A DNA stretch of 59,248 nucleotides. Source: an uncultured Myxococcales bacterium. Lineage in GTDB: Bacteria; Myxococcota_A; Polyangia; DRWM01; JAAZOP01. The translations under genes and the position numbers were made by a program. This document shows, in pieces, positions 25,678 through 34,552 of this stretch; the first letter of the stretch is position 1; each line of letters begins with the position of its first letter. Below the pieces are notes generated by a model. That model was not told the DNA's origin. It ran no database searches and saw only the letters and a list, made by a program, of their open reading frames with translations. Location of the stretch: positions 1-59,248 of the forward strand of contig CAZMRP010000003.1 of assembly GCA_964568275.1 (NCBI GenBank). The letters are read 5' to 3'.

Positions 25678-27394
25678 GCCTGCCTCCGTTCCGCTCAGGA
25701 AGACGCTGGGCTGCGAGGCCCCGGCGGGCGAGCTGAAGCCTGGCAACGTCTCGGCGCGAGGCCCCGAGGCCGAGACGAAGTACCATCTCGTCGGCGTACG
25801 AGCGGGCGGCGTCCTCCCTCCCTGCGCGGATCAGCGCAGAGCATTCGCGAAACACCGCGTCTGCAGAGTCGACTAGGGGTACGGGCATTCGCCGCAGTGC
25901 GCCCGGCTCCAGCTTCAGCACGCCGCCACCATATCGACGGCCGTTGACCTCGGCCCAGAGCGCCGAGAGGCTCGTGAGAACGCCAACCGATACAGCCTCC
26001 GGTTCGGCCGAAGGAACGCCGTTCCATGTGACCGCGTGAAGCGCGTTGCTGCAGCGAAGGCCAGCGTGGTTGAGGACGAGCAGAGGAGGCCCCAGGCGTG
26101 AACACGTGGCGAAGGCATCCGGGGCCGGGCCCAACTTGACGCGAAACCACGGCAGACGCCCGCGGCACTTGAAGCGTCGGTGGACACCCTCCTCGACACC
26201 CTGGGCAACCCACGCATCGACTGCCGGGTTCGTGGTCAACCACTGGGCAGGCCTGACGAGGACGGTCCGTCGGCCGAGTTCGGTCAACTGACTGTGGTCG
26301 TCGTGGGTGAAGTTGAGCCCGCTCAACCACTGGGTCCTTGCAACGACCGGGACCAGCGCGCGGGCGGGAATGCCCGCCCGACTTGCTTCCAGGCGGCTGC
26401 GGACGAAGAAGTGGTTTGCGCCCGTGACGAATCCGATCCGAATGGTCGCCAGTTGCCCGAGGGGAGCCACGCTGTCTGCGGACGAGAGGTCGTCAAGGAG
26501 GGCCAAGGCGGCGGAGTCAACAACGCGTGCGTTACTCGTCACCTTCGTGGCTGGGCGGGCGCCAGCTCTCCCGTGTAGCAAGCGGGCGAGCTCGCCCGCA
26601 CGACGAACCGCATGCACGCGCAGGATCCCTGGTCCGGTGCCATGTGCGGCCAGGACGACAACTGGCTCGTCCGTCTCGTTGAAGATGCGATCGCGGAGAT
26701 GGACCAGGAGGACGTCTGCAAACCGGCGCTGGAGGGCGTCACGGACGGGCCTCGCATAGTCGGCTTGAAGGAGAGCCTCGGGGAGAAGGAGTGCAAGCCG
26801 ACCGTCCGGGGCAAGGAACCGCAGTGCGTGGATGACGAAGTAGGCCCACGTGCTCGCGGTGGCCGGAAGGCGGATGCCAGACGCAGCCGCCGCAGAACGA
26901 GCCGCCGAACGCTCGCGTCCCCGCAGCCAATGGTGGCGGACGTAGGGGGGATTGCCGACGATCGCTCGAAAGGGGAGGCCGCGCAATTCGCCGGGTGACA
27001 CGTCCAAGAAGTCGGCCGTCAGGTGGTTTCTCTCCGGCAGGAGCCCGTTGGCGTGATCCACGCAGGCGGGATCGATATCGACCCCGTAGACGAGAGATCG
27101 GGGCCGGTTCGCACGCATCTCGCGTAGAACACCCACAGCGGCGCGGACGAACGAACAGCCGCCGTAGCTTGGGTCGAGCACGGTGCCGGGCCGCGAAGCC
27201 AAGGCCCACCGAGTGAGGACGGTCGCCAGATCATCGGGCGTGTAGAATGCGCCCCGGAGGCGCTGGTCAGCAACTGGACCGTCGCGATGCTGTGCGAGAT
27301 CACGGGCGCCCACCGCCGAGAGCTGGGCCGCGCGAGCGACGCCGACGCGGGGGTGCCGGACGCGTGCGCGTTCCAACGGCTGGATCGGCGGCAC
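25670..27394 (-). CDS. gamma-class N6-adenine DNA methyltransferase (Eco57I/TaqI-like, with a C-terminal target-recognition region)
   Basis: Motifs AFYTP, VLDPSYGGCSF (motif I) and IVGNPPYVRH (motif IV, NPPY). GTG 27394 is preceded by GAGGAGGG at 6 nt; the longest ORF starts at 27415. Confidence 0.85.
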   Translation of the reverse strand: MPPIQPLERARVRHPRVGVARAAQLSAVGARDLAQHRDGPVADQRLRGAFYTPDDLATVLTRWALASRPGTVLDPSYGGCSFVRAAVGVLREMRANRPRSLVYGVDIDPACVDHANGLLPERNHLTADFLDVSPGELRGLPFRAIVGNPPYVRHHWLRGRERSAARSAAAASGIRLPATASTWAYFVIHALRFLAPDGRLALLLPEALLQADYARPVRDALQRRFADVLLVHLRDRIFNETDEPVVVLAAHGTGPGILRVHAVRRAGELARLLHGRAGARPATKVTSNARVVDSAALALLDDLSSADSVAPLGQLATIRIGFVTGANHFFVRSRLEASRAGIPARALVPVVARTQWLSGLNFTHDDHSQLTELGRRTVLVRPAQWLTTNPAVDAWVAQGVEEGVHRRFKCRGRLPWFRVKLGPAPDAFATCSRLGPPLLVLNHAGLRCSNALHAVTWNGVPSAEPEAVSVGVLTSLSALWAEVNGRRYGGGVLKLEPGALRRMPVPLVDSADAVFRECSALIRAGREDAARSYADEMVLRLGLGASRRDVARLQLARRGLAAQRLPERNGGRRA

Positions 27395-27517
27395 TACCGA
27401 CCCTCCTCGCCACACCGAGCTTCGTTCCGGTGTTCGCAGGACTCGCGGGCCGCCCGGGGGACCCCTTCCGTCACGCTAGCTCGACGAGGAGGCATCCCAC
27501 CGAGCCGCGAGAAGAGG

Positions 27518-27760
27518 CTACCCACGACGTGCTCCGTGCCGCTTGGCTGGATGCGGTGTACGAGCCGGCCGGGTGCCTCTCCCATGCACTTCCAGCTTCC
27601 TCTCCTCGATCCAGCGGTCCAGATCGACCCGCTTGAATCGCCAATGACCTCGGATCCGGAACGCGGGCAACTCGCCGAGTTGAGCCATGGAGTAGACGGT
27701 CTTCTCCGCCAGCTTGAGCAGTCCTGCGACGTCCTTGATGGTGAGGACCTCGTCGGTCAT
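27518..27760 (-). CDS. excisionase/MerR-like HTH DNA-binding protein (likely operon regulator)
   Basis: LTIKDVAGLLKLAEKTVYSMAQLGELPAFRIRGHWRFKRVDLDRWI. GAGGGAG RBS 7 nt upstream. It is the first gene on the minus strand, divergent from hsdR. Confidence 0.8.
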   Translation of the reverse strand: MTDEVLTIKDVAGLLKLAEKTVYSMAQLGELPAFRIRGHWRFKRVDLDRWIEERKLEVHGRGTRPARTPHPAKRHGARRG

Positions 27761-28131
27761 TCACGGACTCCCTCGGCTAGCGGTCCACCCGAGTCGCCCC
27801 AGTTCCAACGCAGGGTATCCTATTCCAACTCCACGGCGTCAACAACTCCTGGTCCGGCATGCCGTACCGGGGCGCCGCGCGGGCGAGGCAGTCGGGCTTC
27901 TGCCATCCCAACGGGCGTCGCCCATCGGCCACGGCATGGATGCGGAGCTGGGTCCTGCCCGGGCCGGTGCGGTCCTCTCCATCGGGCTGCTCCGTGCTGT
28001 TGCGGGATGCCCTCGCGCTCCGTTACCATTCCGATCGCCAGCATGGACTCCGCGGCCAATCTCGATGTCGTGTCCACGTGTCGGCGGGTCCCACCGTCGG
28101 CGACGCACGATGTGGCGCTCCGAGGCTGCCG

Positions 28132-30498
28132 ATGAACGAAGCCGACACCTGCCGCAAGTACGTCGTCCCGAAGCTCCAGGCGGCCGGGTGGGACCAGGAG
28201 CCGCACGTCATCAACGAGCAGGCGACCTTCACGGACGGCCGGATCGTCGTGGCGGGACGGAAGGCGCGGCGGCGGGTTGGGAAGCGCGCCGACTACCTGC
28301 TCCGGTACCGCCCGGACATGCCGATCGCCGTGGTCGAGGCGAAGCCGGAGTACAAGACGCCGGGCGAGGGGCTCCAGCAGGCGAAGGAGTACGCCGAGAT
28401 CCTTGGGCTGAAGTTCGCGTACGCCACCAACGGCCACGGCATCATCGAGTTCGACTGCACTACCGGCGTCGAGCGCGAGATCGACAGCTTCCCGACGCCG
28501 GACGAGCTGTGGTCGCGCCTCTGCGGCGAACAGAAGCTCGTGCCGGAGCAGGCGGATCGACTGTTGACGTCCGGCTACGGCCTGGCCGGCAAGGCGCCCC
28601 GGTACTACCAGACGATCGCGATCAACCGGACGGTGCAGGCCGTCCTTCAGGGGAAGCGGCGCATCCTGCTCACGATGGCGACGGGCACCGGCAAGACGCT
28701 CGTCGCCTTCCAGATCTGCTGGAAGCTGTGGACCTCGCGCTGGAACCGCGACGGGGGACACCGGCGGCCGCGAATCCTGTACCTGTCCGATCGGAACATC
28801 CTGATCGACGACCCCAAGGACAAGACGTTCGCGCCGTTCGGTGATGCCCGCTGGAAGATCGAGGACGGCGTTGCCCAGCGCGGCCGCGAGATGTACTTCG
28901 CCATCTACCAGGCGATCGCACGCGACGAGCGCCGCCCCGGCCTCTACCGCGAGTACCCTCCCGACTTCTTCGATCTGATCATTGTGGACGAGTGCCACCG
29001 CGGGAGCGCCGCCGACACCAGCAACTGGCGCGAGATCCTCGAGTACTTCGAACCGGCGCTCCAGATCGGCATGACGGCGACGCCCCTCCGGAAGGAGAAC
29101 GCCGACACGTACCGCTACTTCGGCAAGCCGATCTACACCTACACGCTGCGGCAGGGCATCGAGGACGGGTTCCTCGCGCCCTACCGCGTCCACCGGATCA
29201 TTACGACCTGGGACGCCGCCGGCTGGCGCCCGAGCCAGGGCGACGTCGACCGCTACGGGCGCGAGATCCCGGACGAGGAGTACCAGACCCGCGACTTCGA
29301 GCGCACGGTCGCGCTCCGTGCCCGGACCGAGGCGGTGGCGAACCACCTCACCGGGTTCCTCAAGGCCACCGATCGCTACGCCAAGACGATCGTGTTCTGC
29401 GTGGACCAGGAACATGCCGACGAGATGCGCCGTGCGATCAACAACCGCAATGCCGACCTCGTGCGGAAGGCCCCCGACTACGTCTGCCGGGTGACCGCCG
29501 CCGAGGGCGACATCGGCCGCGGCCACCTCTCCAACTTCCAGGACGTCGAGAGGGCGACCCCCGTCGTCCTTACGACGTCGCAGATGCTGACCACGGGGGT
29601 CGATGCGCCGACCGTTCAGAACGTCGTCCTGGTGCGCGTCATCAACTCGATGACGGAGTTCAAGCAGATCATCGGCCGTGGTACCCGCGTCCGCGACGAC
29701 TACGGCAAGCTGTACTTCAATATCCTGGACTACACCGGCTCGGCGACGCGGATGTTCGCGGACCCGGAGTTCGACGGCGACCCGTCCATCGAGACCGAGC
29801 AGGAGATCGACGAGGCCGGGGCCCCGAAGGAGCCCGAGACGGTCGTCTACCCCGAGGCAGAGGAGGACGACCTGCCGCACATCTCCGCAGAGCCCCCGGA
29901 GGTCTACGGGTCGCCGGGGTCCGAGCGCCGGAAGTACTACTTCGACGGCGGGCAGGTCGCCATCGCCTCGCAACTCGTCTACGAACTCGACCCCGACGGG
30001 AAGCAGCTCCGGGTCATGCACTTCACCGACTACACCGCCGAGAAGGTCCGGACGCTGTTCCGGAACGCTGCTGCGCTCCGCGGGGAGTGGGCCGACCCGG
30101 TCCAACGGCGCGACATCATCGAGCGGCTCGCCGAGCGTGGCATCGACTTCGACGAGCTGGCGGACGCGGCGCAGCTTCCTGAGGCCGACCCGCTCGACCT
30201 GATGTGCCACCTCGCGTTCAACGCGCCCCTGCGCACGCGGCGGGAGCGGGCGCAGCGGCTGCGCCGGGAGGAGCGGGAGTTCTTCGAGCGCTTCGGCGCG
30301 GAGGCGCGCCAGATCCTGGACGAACTCCTGGACAAGTACACCGAGCACGGCACGGCGCAGTTCGTCCTGCCGGACGTTCTTGAGGTGCCGCCGATCAACG
30401 CGCATGGTACCGTCCTCGACATCGCCCGCCACTTCGGCGGCGAGGGCAACCTCGTCGAGGCGGTGAACCGGCTCCAGACGCTGCTCTACGCGGCGTGA
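28132..30498 (+). CDS. hsdR: type I restriction enzyme R subunit
   Basis: N-terminal NEADTCRKYVVPKLQAAGW, helicase motifs MATGTGKTLVAFQ (Walker A) and IIVDECHRGS (DEAD-box II), and later TSQMLTTGVDAP and QIIGRGTR motifs. Confidence 0.9.
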   Translation: MNEADTCRKYVVPKLQAAGWDQEPHVINEQATFTDGRIVVAGRKARRRVGKRADYLLRYRPDMPIAVVEAKPEYKTPGEGLQQAKEYAEILGLKFAYATNGHGIIEFDCTTGVEREIDSFPTPDELWSRLCGEQKLVPEQADRLLTSGYGLAGKAPRYYQTIAINRTVQAVLQGKRRILLTMATGTGKTLVAFQICWKLWTSRWNRDGGHRRPRILYLSDRNILIDDPKDKTFAPFGDARWKIEDGVAQRGREMYFAIYQAIARDERRPGLYREYPPDFFDLIIVDECHRGSAADTSNWREILEYFEPALQIGMTATPLRKENADTYRYFGKPIYTYTLRQGIEDGFLAPYRVHRIITTWDAAGWRPSQGDVDRYGREIPDEEYQTRDFERTVALRARTEAVANHLTGFLKATDRYAKTIVFCVDQEHADEMRRAINNRNADLVRKAPDYVCRVTAAEGDIGRGHLSNFQDVERATPVVLTTSQMLTTGVDAPTVQNVVLVRVINSMTEFKQIIGRGTRVRDDYGKLYFNILDYTGSATRMFADPEFDGDPSIETEQEIDEAGAPKEPETVVYPEAEEDDLPHISAEPPEVYGSPGSERRKYYFDGGQVAIASQLVYELDPDGKQLRVMHFTDYTAEKVRTLFRNAAALRGEWADPVQRRDIIERLAERGIDFDELADAAQLPEADPLDLMCHLAFNAPLRTRRERAQRLRREEREFFERFGAEARQILDELLDKYTEHGTAQFVLPDVLEVPPINAHGTVLDIARHFGGEGNLVEAVNRLQTLLYAA

Positions 30499-30509
30499 AC
30501 GGGTGAACG

Positions 30510-32099
30510 ATGGCAAGATCGAGGAAGCCGAGGGCCGACGCCCAGCCGCAGACCACGGCGCAGCAGCTCGGCAGCGTGATCAAGAGCGCCCGGGACATCA
30601 TGCGGAAGGACAAGGGGCTGTCGACGGACATCGATCGCCTTCCGCTCCTCACCTGGGTGATGTTCCTCAAGTTCCTCGACGACCTGGAGCAGATCGAGGA
30701 GTCGAAGGCGAAGATGCGCGGGGAGCGGTACCGGTCGGCGATCGAGCGGCCATACCGCTGGCGCGACTGGGCGGCGCAGCCGGACGGCATGACCGGGCCC
30801 GAGCTCCTCGCCTTCGTCAACCTGGAGAGGGCCACCCGGCCGGACGGTACGGAGGGTGCGGGCCTTCTCGCGTACCTCCGCGGGCTCCAGGGTGGCAACG
30901 GGAGCACGGTGAGCCGGCGCCGCCGAGTCATCGCCGCGGTGTTCAAGGACATCACCTGCCGGATGCTCTCGGGCTACCTGCTGCGCGACGTCGTCAACAA
31001 GGTGAACGGCATCCACTTCCTGGCGAAGGAGGAGCTGTTCACGCTGGGCCATCTCTACGAGACGATGCTGCGCGAGATGCGCGACGCTGCGGGCGAGAAC
31101 GGGGAGTTCTACACGCCGCGACCGGTCGTCCGGTTCATGGTGACCGTGACCGACCCGCGGCTCGGGGAGACGATACTCGACCCGGCGTGCGGGACCGGCG
31201 GTTTCCTCGTCGAGGCGTACCGACACCTCGAGCAGCAGTGCAAGACCGTCGGCGATCGGAAAACGCTCCAGGAGAGGAGCCTCCTTGGCGGCGAGGCGAA
31301 GCCGCTCCCGTACCTCCTCTGCCAGATGAACCTCCTGCTCCACGGCCTGGAGGCGCCGCAGATCGACCCCGAGAACAGCCTGCGGTTCAAGCTCTCCGAG
31401 ATGGGCGACGCCGATCGTGTCGACGTGATCCTGACGAACCCTCCCTTCGGCGGCGAGGAGGAGGCGGGCATCAAGGGCAACTTCCCGGAGGACATGCAGA
31501 CCGCGGAGACCGCGCTGCTGTTCCTTCAGCTCATCATGCGCCGGCTGCGGCGGCCCGGGCGCGGGTCCGAGCGCGGCGGGCGGGCGGCGGTCGTCGTTCC
31601 CAACGGCACGCTGTTCGGCGACAAGGTGTGCGCTCGGATCAAGGAACAGGTCCTCAAGGAGTTCAATCTGCACACCGTGGTCCGGCTGCCCAACGGCGTC
31701 TTCGCGCCGTACACGCCGATCCCGACCAACCTGTTGTTCTTCGATCGCTCGGGGCCGACGAAGGACATCTGGTTCTACGAGATCACGCCGCCCGAGGACC
31801 GGAAGAGCTACTCGAAGACCAAGCCGATGCAGTTCGAGGAGTTCGCCGACTGCATCGCGTGGTGGAGGAAGCGGAAGCCAAACGGCCGCGCCTGGAAGGT
31901 CCGGGCGGAGGACGTGCTGAAGTACGACGCTGATGGGCGGCTCGTTTCGGCAAACCTCGACCTCAAGAACCCCAGCGCGGCCGAGGCGCTCGAGCACCTG
32001 CCGCCCGAGCAGCTCGCCGACGAGATCCTCCAGAAGGAGCGGCGGATCATCGAGATCGTCGAGGAGATCAAGCGCCAGCTCGCCGAGGACGGGCCATGA
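30510..32099 (+). CDS. hsdM: type I R-M N6-adenine DNA methyltransferase subunit
   Basis: N-terminal HsdM domain (DIMRKDKGLSTDIDRLPLLTWVMFLKFLDD), motif I DPACGTGGFL and motif IV LTNPPFGG. Confidence 0.92.
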   Translation: MARSRKPRADAQPQTTAQQLGSVIKSARDIMRKDKGLSTDIDRLPLLTWVMFLKFLDDLEQIEESKAKMRGERYRSAIERPYRWRDWAAQPDGMTGPELLAFVNLERATRPDGTEGAGLLAYLRGLQGGNGSTVSRRRRVIAAVFKDITCRMLSGYLLRDVVNKVNGIHFLAKEELFTLGHLYETMLREMRDAAGENGEFYTPRPVVRFMVTVTDPRLGETILDPACGTGGFLVEAYRHLEQQCKTVGDRKTLQERSLLGGEAKPLPYLLCQMNLLLHGLEAPQIDPENSLRFKLSEMGDADRVDVILTNPPFGGEEEAGIKGNFPEDMQTAETALLFLQLIMRRLRRPGRGSERGGRAAVVVPNGTLFGDKVCARIKEQVLKEFNLHTVVRLPNGVFAPYTPIPTNLLFFDRSGPTKDIWFYEITPPEDRKSYSKTKPMQFEEFADCIAWWRKRKPNGRAWKVRAEDVLKYDADGRLVSANLDLKNPSAAEALEHLPPEQLADEILQKERRIIEIVEEIKRQLAEDGP

Positions 32100-33187
32100 A
32101 CTTCAACCAGCTCATTGACCGGCTGAAGAACGTCCACGAGCGGCTGGCGACCGAGGCGGTTCGTGCCGTCAACGCCGGGCTGACGGTGCGGAACTGGCTC
32201 ATCGGGATGCACCTGTACGAGTTCGAGCAGAATGGCAGCGACCGCGCGGCCTACGGCGAGCAGCTCGTGGAGCGGGTAGCCGAGCGGCTCGCCGCCGAGG
32301 GGCTCCCACGAACTGACGCCCGCGAGCTTCGCCGGTACCGGCAGTTCTACCTGACCTACCCCCAGATTCGGGAGGCACTGCCTCCCGAATCCTCCTCGCT
32401 CTTGCCGGCGCCAATTCGGGAGTCAGCGACTCCCGAATCTTCCCTGGCCGCCGAGCGGCTTCTTCGCGCCATTTCCTTCACTCATTTCGTAGAGTTGTTG
32501 AAGATCGAGGATCCGACCACACGGAGCTTCTACGAGATCGAGTGCATCCGAGGGCAGTGGTCCGCGCGGGAGCTGAAGCGGCAGATCTCGAGCCTCCTCT
32601 ACGAGCGGTCTGGGCTCTCGCTCGACAAGGCGAAGCTCACGGCCATCGCGCAGGCGGCGGCGGAGAGCGACACGCCGGCGCTCGCCATCCGCGACCCGTA
32701 CGTGTTCGAGTTCCTGGGCCTCAAGCCGTGCGAGGCCATGCGCGAGTCCGATCTCGAGGACGCGCTGCTCGACAAGATCGAGCAATTCCTGCTTGAGCTC
32801 GGGAAGGGGTTCTGCTTCGAGGCGCGCCAGAAGCGGTTGCTCATCGGCGACGAGCACTTCTTCGTCGACCTGGTCTTCTACCACCGCATCCTGAAGTGCC
32901 ACGTCCTGATCGAGTTGAAGGTGGACGGGTTCAAGCACGAGTACCTCGGCCAGCTCAACACGTACGTGAACTGGTACCGGGAGAACGAGATGAGCGCGGG
33001 CGACAACCCGCCCGTGGGGATCCTGCTCTGCACGGCGAAGAACCAGGCATTGGTGCGGTACGCGCTTGCCGGCATCGACAACCGCCTCTTCGTCTCGAAG
33101 TACCAGCTCGAGTTGCCGGATGAGGCGCAGATGCGGGCTTTCCTCGAGGCGCAGATGCGAGGCGGGCGCAGGGAGCCGCGGAAGTGA
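32096..33187 (+). CDS. YhcG/DUF1016-family PD-(D/E)xK nuclease embedded in the type I operon
   Basis: DPYVFEFLGL, GKGFCFEARQKRLLIGDEHFFVDLVFYHRILKCHVLIELKVDGF and SKYQLELPDE blocks. There are 4-nt overlaps with both hsdM and hsdS. Confidence 0.85.
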   Translation: MNFNQLIDRLKNVHERLATEAVRAVNAGLTVRNWLIGMHLYEFEQNGSDRAAYGEQLVERVAERLAAEGLPRTDARELRRYRQFYLTYPQIREALPPESSSLLPAPIRESATPESSLAAERLLRAISFTHFVELLKIEDPTTRSFYEIECIRGQWSARELKRQISSLLYERSGLSLDKAKLTAIAQAAAESDTPALAIRDPYVFEFLGLKPCEAMRESDLEDALLDKIEQFLLELGKGFCFEARQKRLLIGDEHFFVDLVFYHRILKCHVLIELKVDGFKHEYLGQLNTYVNWYRENEMSAGDNPPVGILLCTAKNQALVRYALAGIDNRLFVSKYQLELPDEAQMRAFLEAQMRGGRREPRK

Positions 33188-34380
33188 CTTCCAACTGGCC
33201 CCAGGTTCCGCTCGGCGATCTTCTCGATCCTGTCGTGCGGCCCGTGGACGTCCGCCCAGACGAGACCTACCGCGAGATCGGCATCCGCTCGCACGGCAGG
33301 GGCATCTTCCACAAGGAGCCCGTGAGCGGTCTGGAACTGGGCAACAAGCGCGTCTTCTGGATCGAGCCGGGCAACTTCGTGCTGAACATCGTCTTCGCGT
33401 GGGAGGGAGCCGTCGCGATCACCGGCCCGTCCGAACAGGGGATGATCGGTTCCCACCGTTTCCCTGCCTTCCGCGCGAGGGCGGACCGCCTCGATCCCAG
33501 ATTCCTCCTGTGGTTCTTCAAGACACCGCAGGGCTTGGACCTGTTGGGACGGGTTTCGCCTGGCGGAGCGGGACGGAACAGGACTCTCTCGAAGTCGGCC
33601 TTCCTCCAGCAGTCGGTCCCGGTTCCGTCATTGGACGAGCAACGCCGCATCGTCGAGAGATTGGAGCGGCTGGAATCGCAGGTCGCGGAGGCAGCGGACC
33701 TGTGCCGTCGAGCAGAGGCCGAGGCAGCGCAGCTTGTCGGTGCCGTGGTGGGTAGCGCATTCTCGGCCCTCCGGCGTGGCGACTGCTTCTGCGGCGGCTT
33801 GGGCGACGTCATTGCAGGGGCGTGCTACGGAACTTCCGAGAAGACGCACGACGAGCCAAGTGGCCTCCCGATTCTGAGGATGGGCAACATCCAGGAGGGC
33901 GTCCTCGACATCCGCGACGTGAAGTACCTACCATTCACAAGCGGCCACCGGGACAACCTTGTGCTCCAGAAGGGTGACATCCTGGTCAACCGGACCAACA
34001 GCCCCGAGCTCGTTGGCAAGAGCGCCGTGTTCGACCTGGACGGGGTGTGGGGCTTTGCGTCCTATCTCATCCGAATTCGATTGGACGCAAGCCGTGCGGA
34101 CTCGCGCTTGGTCACCTTCTACATCAACTCACCTGCCGGAAGGACCTACATGCTCGGGTCGAAGAAGCAGATGACGGGTCAAGCAAACGTCAGCATCGAG
34201 ACGCTGCGAGCACTGCCCGTCGTGCTGCCACCGATGCAGAAGCAGTTGGAGATGGCCGACCTCTTCGAGCGGATCAGGGTCAGCTCAAGGGATGCGACCG
34301 CGAACCATGCGCTCGTCGAGGCTCGGCTGCGTGCCCTCCAGGCCTCCGCCCTGGGGCGCGCTCTGGCAGGGGAGTTCTGA
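33184..34380 (+). CDS. hsdS: type I R-M specificity subunit
   Basis: Two target-recognition halves separated by the conserved coiled spacer PSLDEQRRIVERLERLESQVAEA. A second conserved helix lies at the C-terminus. Confidence 0.88.
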   Translation: MTSNWPQVPLGDLLDPVVRPVDVRPDETYREIGIRSHGRGIFHKEPVSGLELGNKRVFWIEPGNFVLNIVFAWEGAVAITGPSEQGMIGSHRFPAFRARADRLDPRFLLWFFKTPQGLDLLGRVSPGGAGRNRTLSKSAFLQQSVPVPSLDEQRRIVERLERLESQVAEAADLCRRAEAEAAQLVGAVVGSAFSALRRGDCFCGGLGDVIAGACYGTSEKTHDEPSGLPILRMGNIQEGVLDIRDVKYLPFTSGHRDNLVLQKGDILVNRTNSPELVGKSAVFDLDGVWGFASYLIRIRLDASRADSRLVTFYINSPAGRTYMLGSKKQMTGQANVSIETLRALPVVLPPMQKQLEMADLFERIRVSSRDATANHALVEARLRALQASALGRALAGEF

Positions 34381-34420
34381 ATGGGCCGTCGACAGAATGA
34401 AGAGGGGAACGCGGCCGTCC

Positions 34421-34457
34421 GCCCCGCCCCCGGCCGAAGCCGGGGACGAGGCGGGGC
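34421..34457 (+). terminator. GC-rich compound hairpin downstream of hsdS (terminator-like, no U-tract)
   Basis: Outer stem GCCCCGC (34421-27) pairs with GCGGGGC (34451-57). Inner stem CCCCGGC (34428-34) pairs with GCCGGGG (34439-45), with a CGAA tetraloop. It lies 40 nt after the hsdS stop. Confidence 0.45.
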
Positions 34458-34482
34458 AAAGGCCATGGATCAGGCGGACGGC

Positions 34483-34503
34483 GATAGCCAACGGATAGCC
34501 AAC
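34483..34503. repeat. tandem direct repeat GATAGCCAAC x2 (1-nt spacer)
   Basis: Read directly: GATAGCCAAC-G-GATAGCCAAC. Confidence 0.8.
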
Positions 34504-34508
34504 TTTTC

Positions 34509-34545
34509 GTGACGCTGGGTGACGCTGTGTGACGCTGTGTGACGC
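34509..34545. repeat. tandem 10-nt repeat GTGACGCTGN, about 3.7 copies
   Basis: Read directly: GTGACGCTGG GTGACGCTGT GTGACGCTGT GTGACGC, ending 7 nt before the tRNA-like element. Confidence 0.85.
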
Positions 34546-34552
34546 GAAGTCC

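Noticed and set aside
27820-31997. Minus-strand ORFs 27820-30516 (898 aa) and 30486-31997 (503 aa)
   Set aside because: Antisense to hsdR and hsdM, which have unambiguous helicase and NPPF motifs.
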